Below, piece after piece: positions 1 to 13,440 of a DNA stretch of 64,000 nt. Source of the DNA: Chromera velia (Eukaryota); the NCBI GenBank assembly GCA_018398765.1, contig JAHBMJ010000266.1, positions 1 through 64,000 of the forward strand, read 5' to 3'. Made by a program: the position numbers and the translations under genes. Each line of letters begins with the position of its first letter. Position 1 is the stretch's first letter. The notes under the pieces were generated by a model. That model did not search any database and was not told the origin of the DNA. It saw only the letters and a list, made by a program, of their open reading frames with translations.

Positions 1-138
1 TGTACATCTGAAATTTGGCTGGGTTTCTGAGTAAAGGAAGTCTGTGCGATTGAACTTTGTGGGAAGGAATCTTCTTGGTCGAGACTCAATCCTCACCATC
101 GTTCACACACTTTCTGCATAAATCTTCGTGATGTTTAT
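1..138 (+). repeat. Near-identical copy of the 3' part of intron 3 of the TSP1/LNR gene (47431-47568)
   Basis: Aligns by eye to 47431-47568 with about 4 substitutions. The match stops just before the acceptor AG and runs into poly-T. Confidence 0.9.
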
Positions 139-979
139 CTTTTTTTTTTCTGTATCAATCAAACAACTGTTGTTTAAGTGTTGTACAAGTGTTGTTTGTG
201 TGTTGCACAACTGTTGCTAAGTGTTGTTCAGGGTTGAAAAGTAAAAAAAAAAAAAAAAAAGATCTCCTCAAATCGCTTATTTTTTTTCTTTTTTTTTTCT
301 CTAGCCGGCGCCTAACTAAAAAAAATAATAAAAAAATGAAGGTCTTATTTTTTTTTTTTAGAATTTTACAAAACTAAAGCTGTTCATAAACTTGAAGCAC
401 TTCAATCTATACGTGATGATCCTCCTGGTGATCGAAAGATATAAGAAATCTCTATTGCCAGCAGACTGTTGAGACTGGTAATTACCGGCAACGAAGGGTT
501 GTTTTCGATCAGTAGAGTCTGTAGAGATCACAACCCTACAATAATGATGAATTTAATGATCAATTTTCTATTGATTTTATTCCAAAATTCTTTTTTTTTT
601 TTTAATGAGGTCCTTGATTTTTTTTTTTTAAGAATTTTTTAGTGTAGGGCCTTGGTCGATCGGACCGGATCGGTCTTGGTGAAACACAATCGTGTCTATT
701 ATCGAGATGAAGAAAGTTTCATAAACAGTCCTAAGAACTACTAAAAACAGTCAAAGGGAGTCAAATATAGTCACCGAGCATTCGACGATATTCGACGGAA
801 AATCAGGGAGACGGTAAGAGACGAAAATGAGTAAGTTAAACTTTTAATTAACTTGAAGGTGAAAACGGTTATAGATTGACTTTAGCTTAACTTGGCCCCA
901 TATATAAAGCATCTTTTCATGCAGATGAAACCTACAATTAATATATACTAGCTAAAGTGTGTGATAATGCATTCTCTAA

Positions 980-1215
980 GAAATAATATGGGTTAATCTG
1001 GATAACTATCAGACACACGGACTCTTATATGTAAGGTCCTTACGACTGCTAAGAGACTGACATTACGACAAGGTACAACGATCCTTCTGTGTCTTGCAGA
1101 TATCTGTATCATATGATTGATAATACAGATCCTATGAGGATGACGTCAGATTCAGTCACCCCTGGCACCCCTGACATCTCCATTCTGAGACTGGCATGAA
1201 TCTAACTCACAACTC
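980..1215 (-). repeat. 3' LTR of element A
   Basis: Matches 6343-6503 plus 17747-17821 with 12 substitutions, 11 of them transitions. Confidence 0.9.
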
Positions 1216-1246
1216 ACCCCCTCATGACAGGCAAACAATCCACACT

Positions 1247-2981
1247 TCAATCATAGATCGATTGACCAAAAACAATAGGCTTGGTGAGTGCATTGGCTAC
1301 CTGAATCTCATAAGGAATCCAAACAACGCTGGCAGACAATTGCTTGTATTTCTGAATGCACCAGTCGAGAATATGCTGCATCCCCATATCTGAATCTGCC
1401 ACCCCCGATCTGAACTGATCATGGCAAAGGGTTACAGTCAATCAAGAACTGTACGGGCATGTCTTTCTAAAAATTCCGGCCAAAAGAAATCAGTCGAGGC
1501 ACACGCTTGAGGCACTGCTCAAACCTAACCAATTCTGAAGCTGTGGAGCTGCCCAGCTTGACGGTCGAACGCATCGAACGCCATGCGAAAATGTTGAACA
1601 ATTCATCTCCTGGCTTCCAGGCATGATCACAGAGAAGAGCAATCCATGTATGCCTTCCTTCGTATGTGTTTTTCTTATAAGAGGAATCAATGAAGAAAAC
1701 CATCTTAAGAAGAGGAGAGCGAGACAGACGGCAGAAATTCAGACCTTCTGGATCTTTTTTAATTTCGTGCAGGATTCTGACAGCAATCGCGAGATGCCTG
1801 TGGGTCAGTGTCTTCCCATAGCAAGAAAGAACATCGTACCACACACGACGGAAAGGAGAGAGACGTCCTCCCCAACCCAGACACCCGATCACACTGCTGT
1901 AGATGTCTTTCAGAGACAGATCTGGTTGCTCACCTTCCTGCAGATGAAAATCCTTTTGTTTGCATGAACACGTGCCCTCCACTCCTCTCCGAGGGATCTC
2001 ATATTCTCTGAACAGTTTGTCTGTGTCCACCCCCTCAAGATACGAGGACATTGAGACTCTGCACTCCCCTTTATCTTCTTCAAAGTCCATTCCCGCATAC
2101 TTGAATTTGTATGAAGCTATGTCAAGCCTTGTCATTTTCCCAAACTCCATCTCCCCCTGCAGATGTCGCATCACCCTCTCAACCTGCCCAAAAGCAATCA
2201 GGCCAAAACCGTCATCGATCCAATTGATGAGAACATTCTTCTCTTTATCAACTGCAATCCCCAACTCTATTTTCTCAAACCCTGCCCGCCCCGTTGTCCC
2301 AACCCACTTGTTGTCACAAAGTTTAGACGAGACAGGCATACCATAGAGACCGCGAATGACCTCCCGGATCTGTCTAGGCAAGAGAGATCTGGCGTACTCT
2401 TTCACTCTCTCCCACTTCTCGGGCTTCATGTCTGGATAGGGGTACATATCTAGGATCGGAAGCATCCATGCAGGCATGCGCGCGTAGACTCTCTCTGCAT
2501 TCATGTCAGTAGACTGAAGGAACGCCCCCTTCACATCCCCCACAAAAATCTGTAAAACATAAGCGAGTGCCCAGATTATGCAGAAAAAGATCAGAGCAGG
2601 GACAGGGGTACCTGTGAAGGTATCGATCTTTCTCTTATCCCAGAAGCCCTTCCCGAAGCATTGGGCTTTTGGCACTCTCTTTGTCGCTATAGGGGGAGAG
2701 TGACTGGAAGACGGACTTCCGTTCTTTCCTTCCTTCTCCTTTCCTTTCTCTGCCTCCTTCTCCTTCCATGTGAGCCTCCAGCCAAGATCCATCACCATCT
2801 TGGCCTTTTCCCTCGGAACCGCCCTCCCAAACACCTCCTGCCCGCAGATGTTCTGGAGCCACTCATCTCTTATCGCCTCATTAAACTTCCCATCCCTCAC
2901 CTCTTTCTCCTTTGCTGGAATGTTGGTGGAGCTTTTCTTGAAATCAAAGGCTGCTAGCGCCTCCAATGATTCCAAATGCAC
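1247..2981 (-). pseudogene. pol: Copia-type reverse transcriptase and RNase H, disrupted
   Basis: Motifs GDVKGAFLQ, RGLYGMPVS, WIDD, FFIDSSY and terminal QVANALTK (canonical Q-x-AD-x-LTK). Stop and frame change near 1467. Confidence 0.88.
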
Positions 2982-3799
2982 TGACCCTTGTTCTGCCCCT
3001 CCCTCGTGCTAAGGATTTCTGAGGAGGTCGGAACAAAACAAGGAGTCATCAGGAGGAATGCCATCTGGGTGAGGGGCTGCGGGTGCATCCCCACCCGCGT
3101 CTGGCGGCACCCCTTCATTCATAACACCCTGCTGCTGTGCGGACAGACCGACACCAATCAGAGGGGGGCCTGGGAAGACTTGGGATTCGATCTCGGTAGG
3201 CAGACGGTTGTCTACGAAATCGAAATAACGCAGTACTTGCTGTTTCCGAATGGGATTGGGCACTATAATTCCCTCTGCACACCACTTTCCACTCCCATCC
3301 CCCACTGGCTAGAGCCATGCTGCAGGGATAGACTTGTGATACGCTTTCCCTGTCTGCATCATCTTAAGATGCCTGCCATTCGCTTCCACAAGCAAACCTG
3401 TATACTTCCTTTGGCTGTCTCCCGGAGGGCCCGCTCCCTGCTGTGGAACCTCTGCCTAGACTTCCACCCCCAGATCCTGGTCGTCGCCTCCTGCGCTTGC
3501 TGCACCCCCCCGTCCTCTTAAGCAGCGGTTGCCCCCTCCTGAATCGCACCGATCTGCGGAAGAGCCCCACCACCTTGTGGATAGGCGGCGGGAAGGTTCT
3601 GACCAGAAACCTGCAGAGCAGAGGGCAAAAGCACATTTTCACCCCCAAACACAAGCCTTCCCTTCACAGGGGTCTCCAGGATTCTCTTCACCATACGCCA
3701 CCCCGCAAGTGAACCATCGTGCAAGGGCTCCATGAGGAAAGGGTGTGTGTTGAGAGCCTGAATGCGGTGTTTCTGTGCGCTGTAGTACAAGAGTGCTGC

Positions 3800-5200
3800 G
3801 ATACGGGGGGACCAAATGTAGAGAAACATACAAAGCTTACCTGAGAGGGAAAGGTCCTTAGGACCATGATGAATCACAACCCAATCCCCTAACGCAAACT
3901 TGCGATCTGGTTTCTCCCCGGTCCTCCACTCATATGCACTCTTTCTATCAGTGGGATGGACAATCTTATCTCCTTCTATGGCTACTGCTATACTGATTTC
4001 GTGTATAAGACTATGGGGAATTCGCTCTCCCTATCTCTCCCCCTCACTCGGAACCAAACACCTGTCCAGAACCACCCTGACCTGATTCCAATGAGTGCGG
4101 ATAGGTCTCTCAGTGAACCCCAAAATCCTTTTGATTCCAGTTGGGGCCCTTTCTAGGAGGATGGGTAGGCTGAACGACCTGCAAGTTTCGATGAACTTAC
4201 CCCCAATCAACTTGGGGGCCCTGTCTGTGAGGATCTTCTTAGGAACGATACCGTAGTAATCGATCCAATCCATCAAGGAATCTGTAGCATCACGGCGGCT
4301 ACGCATCGGAGTGTTGAACTTGCTACAGGTGTGGAGATCTGTCCAAAGATTCCCATACGGGAACCCACTGACCTCTGTATCTTTATCCCCAGGAAACCAC
4401 ATGTCCAAATACACCTCATCCCCGAATTCCTTCACCTTGCTTCTCCGGCTCTTCTCCCAAGTCGCTGCCGTCAACAACTTGTTGACTGCTTGCTTCTGCT
4501 GGCAAGTCCAGCAAGTGGCAGTAATCTCTACTGCCATGGCTGCTGTGATAGACTTTCCGTCCTCCTCGAGGGTAAGACGGAAATATTCAGCCTCCGAGTG
4601 GATTCCGAGACGATCGTGCTCGACTCTTGCCTCCTCTATGTCTAAACAACGCAGCTTACACTGCATACACAGAGCTTGCCTACCACCACCCCACTCACGG
4701 TCAAACTCTGCTTCCCTTTTCTTCGTATTGACAGGGAGAGGAAAGGAAGGGATACGAGAGCAGCAGTGGCCATTCGGTGCATCAACGTACAGTGATGCGA
4801 TGTATAATGCCACGAATGTCTCGCATATCAAAGTACGACGGCGTCTCGCCCGACCTATCAAACGCTGTGCAGGCATCATACGTGACCAACGTGGGAACAT
4901 TGTCATCTGTGAGGTAGAGATACGTGTGGAACAGCCTACCCGTCTCGTCCTCCAGAATCACGGTGCCGATCCCATCGACATTGATCCAAACGCGCTCGGA
5001 CGTTTGGTGGCCATCGCTGTCGCACTTTGCAACGCCGACGTGCGCGGAGTACGGCTGTTTCCGAACCAGAACTCTCTAGAGAACTCTAGCTCTCTGCAAC
5101 CTCCCACGATTCCCCATTCCCCTCTCGGTACCCGTATCTACCATGGCCTGTCTGACATCATGCTGACAGTTCGTATACTGATATATGACACAGTTTGATG
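3800..5200 (-). pseudogene. pol: Aspartic protease and integrase of element A, disrupted
   Basis: AMVDTGTE at ~5124-5147. HDRLGIH...CWTC zinc finger and VYLDMW / ILTDRAP core motifs in ORF 4031-4906. Boundaries approximate. Confidence 0.8.
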
Positions 5201-5279
5201 ATTACTGGAAATTAAACGCTGTATAAGGAGAAGGGCGGAAGTTGAGCACATCATACTCTCCGATGACGAACTCACCCGG

Positions 5280-6300
5280 GTTACCCGGATCTCCTCGAAT
5301 GTGGTTGACTGCTTGAATGCTTGGATGGGGCGGTATTCTTCTCTGTCATATACTTGCTGCACCTACAGGTTGGCTTCTAGTGGCCCAGACGACCACAGCA
5401 CTTGCACTGATTCCCCTCTTTGAGTGATTCACATGTACTGGGGTTCTTGCAGTTGCTCCGACCAGAATGCTAACACTTCTTTTCGGAATTTGAGATGGGT
5501 TTGCCTTTCGGCTGAGACAAGTTGTTTGACTTCTTTGGGGGACGGGCATTGTTGGGTTTTTCTTTGCATGGGAGTCCCATCCCACCTCCAACAAACAGCG
5601 CAATCTCTTCTTTGACAACGGCCCGTATGTCCCCCTGCTTCTTGAGTGCAAGCCCCCCCTTCCGCGGGGCAGACTCATCTCCGTGTACTGTTTTGCACAT
5701 CTCAGTGAGTTTCTGAATGAGTACGTCTAGATCCTTCAGCTGTGCGGATGTGAAAGTTGCCGACCAGACATCCTGCGTCAACTGAGACAGGGATCTGAGT
5801 ACAGCATCGGCCCTCTTCCTCATAGAAACTTCCCCTTTGAGACTATCAGTACGGGTTACCAGGTTTCCATACTGATTAATCACCTCAGTCCCGGTTGATC
5901 TGCTCAATGCGGGGAAAGTCTCCCACTCTCTTTCTACCTCATCGCGTTTCTTTTCATCGTTGTCCTCCCCTGATGACTTGAGGGCATCAATAAAGGCCTT
6001 TTTGTACTTATTGTACTCGGTACTCCCATTGGCATCGTCATAGTTACCCGCTTTCCTCTTTTGAAATACGTTATCTATGACCACCCCTACCCTGGGGTGT
6101 CCTTTTGTTGACTGATAGAGCTGGTCGCATGTCCAACGATCCAGCTTCACCCCGTCAAGGTCTACTTTTCCGTCCAAAATCGAAAGAAAGGAGTCGTAAA
6201 ACCTCGAAAAGGTATTGACCTCATTGACCGCCAAGTCTTTATCGGGTTTGTCGACAAAGAGAGGGAAGACGAGCTTCCCGTCCGTTGCGAACATTTGCAT
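5280..6300 (-). pseudogene. gag: Gag of element A with CCHC zinc knuckle
   Basis: ORF 5470-6300 continues in frame past TAG into CKCCGRLGH*KPTC (CX2CX4HX4C). Confidence 0.8.
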
Positions 6301-7419
6301 AGCCTACTCCAAACCTCCTTTACGCTCGCTGGCGTCGTACCAGAAATAATATGGGTTAATCTGGATGACTATCAGACACACAGACTCTCATATGTAAGGT
6401 CCTTACAACTGCTAAGAGACTAACATTACGACAAGGTACAACGATCCTTTTGTGTCTTGCAGGTATTTGTATCATATGATTGATAATACAGATCCTATGA
6501 GGAATCACTCCTGCCATGCGGTCAATGGGGGGGTACCCCATTGAAGCCGACGACGACGAGGGCTTTTTGCCAATCAATCCCCCCCTCCTTTCCGACGACG
6601 ACGGATGGAGCTTCAATAAACCTCCCCCCCCATTTAGCCCCTCTCCATTGACTCTCACTGCCGCCCTACAACGTCTTCTTCTGGCAGGCAGTGCATGAGC
6701 ATGAGAGCGGATGACCTGCAGCCACTGACCATGCAACTGGCCACGGTCAACGGAAACCTGAGGAAAGCGAGAAGGCGATCGAAGTTTGTAGTCAAGTAAA
6801 AGAGACATGCCGTCTCTAGCCGTCTCCTGCAAAGTTCGCGAAGCAAGCCAGACAAACACTCCCAGAACTTTATCTTACGATGTACTCTGGCATATCTTTG
6901 ATAGGTGTCTATTCAGGAGTATCTGTAGGTGGCCGTATTACGCATGTACATAGGGCCATTTTCACCTACCTCCATGCCCCTTGCTTCTTCCTGTTTCGCT
7001 CTTCTGTCTTCTGTCCATGAAAGATGGAGCTCGGGCTCGGGCTCAGAAAGAGGAGATCAGCAATGTGACCACCCGGTATGTGAAGCATCAATTCGACAGA
7101 GCTTCGCCCGGCTCGCTGGCACAATGGGTGGGTTTCCTTGTTCCCTTCCTTCCTTCCTTGCTTCCTTCGAAATTGTTCCCTTATTCCTTCCATCCTTCTT
7201 TCTCTCTTTTTTCCTCTCTCTGTGCCCCACGCTCTTGGCCCTGTGTTGGTGTGTGTCTATGTTCCTCTCGCTCCGCATGTGTATGTGTGTATGTACATGT
7301 GTATGTGTATCCCACCCCCCGATGATGACAGTGGTGTGCCTACCACTATCGGAGGGGGGCATATAGACATGTAGGCACTCAGGGAGTCCGACGCACCACC
7401 GAAGGAATACAGGCCAGTG

Positions 7420-7551
7420 AGTCATTCAGTCAGCCAGCCAGCCAGTCAGTCAGTCAGTCATACAACCAGTCAGTGAGTCAGTCAGTCAGTCAGAAAGTCA
7501 GTCAGTCAGTCAGTCAGACAACCAGTCAGTGAGTCAGTCAGTCAGTCAGTT
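7420..7551. repeat. (CAGT)n microsatellite, continuing at 13739-13910 and 14083-14300
   Basis: Direct inspection. Confidence 0.95.
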
Positions 7552-8067
7552 TGTAAGCAGAATACGGGGCTAGAACTCTCAATGCTAACGATGTGCATTC
7601 AGAGTTCATAGACTATAAGAGTTTGACCTAGAGAGGTTTGTAAATTGTTCCTTCGATCAAGCCAGTCCAACGATCGTTAGCGATCGTTAGCTAATTCGAA
7701 TGCATGCAGATCGATGTCACTTTATTTAGTCCTGCACCAAGCCACACTTATTGAAGTCCGCGCGCGCATTGCCGTGGCGCCGCCGGCCTCGCGGCTCCGC
7801 CACTCCGCGGGTCCGTCGCGTACTCGCCGCTCGTAGCCTGCCTACACCTGCCCGCTGCTTTGAAACCGACGTCCACGCTCGGTTCCAGTGACTGCACACA
7901 TCCATAACTAATCGACCTCGTGGCATTGATTAATAACATGCACCTGCACACTTTATCGAACCATAAATAAACGAAGTAAGTCGGAATGCAGAGTCCGACC
8001 CCCATACTGCCACCCTCCCTGCATCTATGCATGATGCAGGATAGAATTGCTTTCTGCCTCGAATCAC

Positions 8068-11000
8068 TTACCAGGGAATTTCATCTTCCCAAAACTCATA
8101 CACATGCATGCCACTCCACAAACCTCTTAGTTCTGCCCATACTGATTTCACCTCTCTACTTCTTAATTGCCACCTACACCTGCCCGTTGCTTGCTTCTCT
8201 TTCTCCTGCTGTCTCTTCTTTTCTTTGAAGGCATGCAATGCCTCCTTTGCATGTGTCAGGTTGACAGCAGGCTCCCATAATGCATTTTCTTTACTTTCTC
8301 CTTCCCACCACACCAGGTAGTGCGCCTGTTTGTTTATCTTTCTATGGTTAAGAATCTCTTTTACTTCATACTCAATCTCTTCTGATGTAGGTAACCGAAC
8401 AGCAGGCAGAGGATCATCCTTCCTTCTCTCATACTTCTTCAGGTATGATACATTAATCACATTGTGACCCTTCATTCCTGCAGGGAATATGAGCTTATAC
8501 GCGTTGCTCCCTACGTTTCTCTCTACCTCGAATGGTCCATAAAATACAGGCTCAAGCTTCCCGCTTGGCTTTCTGCTTCCCCTAAAATATGCATTGCGTA
8601 CAAGCAAAAAATCCCCTGGAGCAAATAAAACCTCTTGTCTGTATGGATCTACTTGTCGAGCTGCTCGTTCTCTTACTTGCTCAAGTCTCTCCTTTGCTCT
8701 CATGATTTCTGCCTCTCTACAATCTGCAAAGTCTGCTGCTGGCGGACAGAATGACTTAGAACGCACAGAGACAGAAGGCAGGCGAATCGGGTCACGTCCG
8801 TACAGAAAGCGAAAAGGAGACATGCCTGTGGCTGGATGCACCGAATCACGATACGCAAACTGACAAGAACACAACCACTTCGGCCAGTCCGTTTGATGCT
8901 CGTTCACAAAACAACGCAACATCTGTTCGATGGTCTGGTTGTCTCTTTCTGTCTGTCCATCTAACTGTGGGTGTCCTCTTGTGCTCATATTCAATTTTGT
9001 GCCCCACAGCCGAGCGAGTTCCTTCCAAAATGCAGAGAGAAAACAAGGATCACGGTCACTGACCACTGATTGGGGCATCCCATGCTCGCAGACAATCCTC
9101 TCAAAGACCACTTCGGCTGTCCCTTCTGCTGTAATCTCTTGTGAGACTGCAGCAAAGAAAGGAGTTTTGGAGAAGCGATCAACCACAGAGAGGATTCCAT
9201 CTACCTCTTCTCCTTTAAACACCACCCTCGGGAGTCCAAATACAAAATCAAGAGAAATAGACTGAAAAGAAAATTCAGGAATAAACAGAGGTTGGAGCAA
9301 TCCATACTGCTTCTCAGTCGGCTTCTTTGCTCTTTGACAGGCATCACACTTTCTGACATACTGAACAACCGATGCATACATATGTGGCCAATAGAAACTC
9401 CCTGCCAGTTTTAAATATGTTTTCTCTGCCCCCAAATGCCCCCCTACAGCCGTATCATGATGTTCATATATCAGGTTTCTTTGTAGTCTCTCTGTCGGGA
9501 CGGCCAGTCTGTCATTGAAATAGAGCAGTCCGTCTTCTATTTGAAACCTCGGAAGAATTAGCCGCAAATGTCGAGGACCAGGCACCTCTTTCTCAGGGTC
9601 TTTGTCAGGGTCTTCAATTTGGAGCCTTGCTTCAAGCACTTCCTTCACCTCCGTCCAGAATTTCTCTTCTTCATATCCTTTCCTTATCCTTTCCAGTAAC
9701 TCCTCATCTGGCTGCACTCTTGATTCCATTTACGACAATTGACACACTTCTTTTCTTTCTTTATCTTTTTCTTCTTTCTCAGCGTTCACTCCAGGGCACC
9801 TGCTCAACGCATCTGCCACACGATTCCGAGTACCAGGCACGTACCTTGGAGTGATGCCGATCTCGTCGAACATGCTGACAAATCTGCGCATACGTGGAGA
9901 CATTAAGGTGCGGTCAGCGGACATATTCACATATTTAAGAGACTCATGATCTGACCACACCTTAGTTGTGTGACTAACATACGGCCTCCATGATTTGACC
10001 GCAAATACGCAGGAAAGAAATTCTTTATCTCTGATCGGATACTTGAGCTCTGCCTGTGTCATTCTATGTGATGCGAATGCACACGGACGGAGCCAGCCGA
10101 TCTTAAGATCTTCCTGCATGAGCGCGGCAGCAAGCGTTTCTGTCGATTCGCATGCATCCACAAAAATTTTGAAGGGACGCGCAGGGTCAGGAATGTAGAG
10201 TTCGACAGTATTTTTTACTGCTTGCTTTACTGCTTCAAAGCTTTCTTCCTCTTTCTTCCCCCACTCAAACGATTTGTTTCCCTTTAACAATGCATACAAA
10301 GGGCCTGCTTTCTCACTGAAGTGAGGGACAAACCGTCTCACCCAATTTGCAAACCCTAAAAACGAAAGCACTTCATTTCTGTTCTTAGGAGTAGGCCACT
10401 TATTGACTTAGTCTATCTTACTCTACTCGGGCCGCACTCCGGTCCTGGAGATCTTCAGCCTGAGAAATGTCACCTCAGTTTGCATGAAATGGCATTTCGA
10501 CAATTTTGCATACAATTTATTTTCACTCAACAAACGCAAAACAATTCTGATGTGTCTCTTGTGCTCTTCTCTTGTACGTGAATAAATCAGAATGTCATCC
10601 AGAAAAACCGAAACAAAACGGTCAAGACAAGAGCGAAGAGCAAATTGAATCAACCTCATCGCTGCAGTAGGCGTGTTTGTCAACCCAAAAGAAACAACCA
10701 GCCACTCAAAAGAACCATAGCGTGTAGTGAAAGCTGTTTTGGGGATGTCTTCTTCTCTGACCCTCATTTAATGATAATACTGTCTGAGGTCCAGTGTCGT
10801 GAAGAACCGGGCCCCATGCAATCGATCAATCAACTCTTGCGGGTGAGGGAGGGAATGCTTGTCTTTGATAGTAATGCGATTCAAGCCAGTGTAGTCACAA
10901 CACATTCTCATCGAGCCATCTTTCTTTTATACAAAAAGAACAGGCGCAGCATAAGGAGAAGCAGACAGTCGGATGAATCCTTGTTCAAGGTATATATCTA

Positions 11001-13371
11001 TCTGTCTCCTCAGCTCATCTGTCTCTCCCACTGACAGCCGATAAGGCGAACGGGTAGGAGGTGAATGACCGGGCTCAAGTTCGATTTTGAAATCCAAATG
11101 AGGTCCTCTTGACGGTGGCAGATAAGAGAGACGATCGGGAAAAAGAGACGCATGATCTACCACAATTCTTTTCACATCCTGAGAAACATCCGCATCTAAT
11201 CGAGAGAGAAAAGCACGTACGTCCGACAAATCAGTTGCCGATCGAGCAGGATGATCAGACGGAAGAGAAGAGAGAAAGTCAGAAGAGAGAAAATCAGAAC
11301 CCACGTTCCCTCCATCATTCATTCTCCCCTTTCCTTTTCCCTCACTCACTTCAGTTGCATGTACGAAGTACTCCAGTTCCCCCTCTCCTGCAGGCCAGTG
11401 TGCCGTCTCCATTCTCACGATGTGGCAGACAGCACCTTTTTGAATTGCTCGTTTGGCCTGCGCAGAAGAAAGAACAGGAGGGCAAGGTCGGTTCTCTTCA
11501 CATGCACCCCCCCGAATAATGACTTCCTGGCCATTAAAGAAGAAACGAAGAGAACGAGACCAATGATCAAGTTCTGGTTGGTGAACGTCACTCCATTTTC
11601 TTCCTAAGATAACATCATAGTCATCCAGGTCAGCCAGCAATGCACCGACTGTCTCTCGATACCTCTGAATACGAAGAGGAACAGAAGGTGCATACTCACT
11701 GACCTCTCGTCCTCTCGGCTCCTTCACAGCCACCCTACATCTCATCGGGGTCCCAAACCTGCGAATATGTAACTAACGCAGGTGTGCAAATTTGCTATCA
11801 ATGAAAATATCATCAGCTCCAATGTCATACAAAACTCTGACTGGAGCACCCGTAACAGTACCGTGATAGACAAAACCAGTCTCAAATGAATCATCCTCAT
11901 CATCCTCTTCCTCACTCAATTCTTCATCTGTTCTCTGCCTTTTATCTTCCTCAACTTCATAACGTACCGTCAGGTCGGGTTCGACCACGGTCTTGTCATT
12001 CTTGTTTCGGCCTCTGATCGTCCTCACCCCAGCTACCCGTCTCAATCCAGCCTTGCGCGCTGGTTGATGTCCACTCAGCTGAGGTTGAGGCGACCCGCTG
12101 AAAGAGGAAGACCATGCACGTCTTCTGTCACCGAAGCCAAAGCCTCTTCCAGATGACATGGGTGAACTTGGACTGTCACCTCTCTGTCCAGACCTCCCTC
12201 TCCCCCCTGTAGGTTGAGTGACTTGATTGATGGGATACGGGAAGGGAAGGGATGGGTAAGGAGGAGGTGGCCAGGGGTACCCAGGCATCGCCCTAAAACC
12301 CGAGACGAAAGGGGCAAATCCTAGAGATACCCTGGGCGGCCACGGAGATCTGGATTGAGACGTCGTTTGAATGGCCCGCATGTGTGGAGGAAGTTGAGGT
12401 CCATTTCTACACGTGGCCATCATATGGGTGTTCTCCCCACATAGAAGACACCGATTCAGTCTCCTCCTGTTCTCCCACACTGTCTGTGGAATCAATGGGT
12501 GTCGGGGTGGAAGTCTTCTCGAAGGTCGCACCCCAACACCACACAATTCTATGGGAGCCGGTCCTGTGGGATCAATCACTAGACTCGGATTAGACGGGGG
12601 CCCTCGCGACCAATGGCTTCGAGAGCGTGAACTGGCCTGCTTGAGCCAGATTTCGCTGTCCAACGCCTTCTCCATTGCTTCGTCCAATGTTGCCGGCTCC
12701 ATCCTGTCAGTCTCATACATAATCCCAGGCGGCAAACCCTTAATATAGTCCTCTACGAGATCCTCCTCACTCGCATTTGTGATCTTCAACGCAAGAAGGG
12801 AAAATTCTTTGTTGTAGTTGTCAACCGTCCCTGTGCACCTGAGGGACAACACCTACTTTCTCGCCTTCCTCCTCTCATGTTTCTTCTTATACCTGCGTTG
12901 CAACACCTCATGCAACGCAGGCCAGTCTGCAAACCCCATACCTCTCTTCACACGTAAATCGAACCAGTCCCTCAGCTCCTTGCACAGGAAGGACTTCGCG
13001 AGGCCAAGCTGACGATGAGGAGCAACATTCGCATTGGTAAAGTAGTTGTTGGTGTCCGTAATAAACCTCTCCACAGTGTCGCGGCGTCTAGTGAACTTGT
13101 TCGGCTGCTTCACTGCAATCTGGGGAAGCTGCTCTCGTAGATCAGGGCCCTGAGAGGGCACGACAAGCTGCTGTGTACCGTCCTCACTCATTGGCAGCAC
13201 CTGAGGAGGCAACTGTGGAGGTGGAGCTGCAACCCTTACCACCAGCCCCTCCATGGTCTGCCATATCATCTCTTGAGTCTGCTGCAGGCTGGTGATGGAC
13301 TGTTCAAGGTTGTACAGTGCCATTCCCACCTGCTTGTTTGTCAATGGAGCCAAGACTGGAGGTGGTTCCAT
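8068..13371 (-). pseudogene. gag-pol: Single-frame gag-pol (Gag, CCHC, PR, RT, RNase H, integrase, chromodomain) with 7 premature stops
   Basis: All track ORFs share one frame. Motifs CLLCGENTHMMATC, LYDIGA, FLDD, HHCC, GPF and chromodomain YEVKEILNHR...YLVWWEG...WEP. Stops at 12853, 11773, 10927, 10768, 10423, 10408 and 9730. Confidence 0.95.
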
Positions 13372-13417
13372 GACAGCAACAGAATTCAGACTGAATACAA
13401 ACGAATCAAAAGCCTGT

Positions 13418-13440
13418 TCGAAACCTGGCTCTGGTAACCA
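13418..13440 (-). promoter_or_regulatory. Primer binding site, initiator tRNA-Met-like
   Basis: The + strand reads TCGAAACCTGGCTCTGGTAACCA, resembling the 3' end of eukaryotic tRNA-iMet (TCGAAACCTGGCTCTGATACCA type). It lies 3 nt from the 5' LTR. Confidence 0.8.

Noticed and set aside
8068..13371. Alternative genetic code with TAA/TAG read as Gln
   Set aside because: The three host genes contain no in-frame TAA/TAG, use CAA/CAG and end in TAA or TAG. Stops in the transposons also replace Trp and include TGA.
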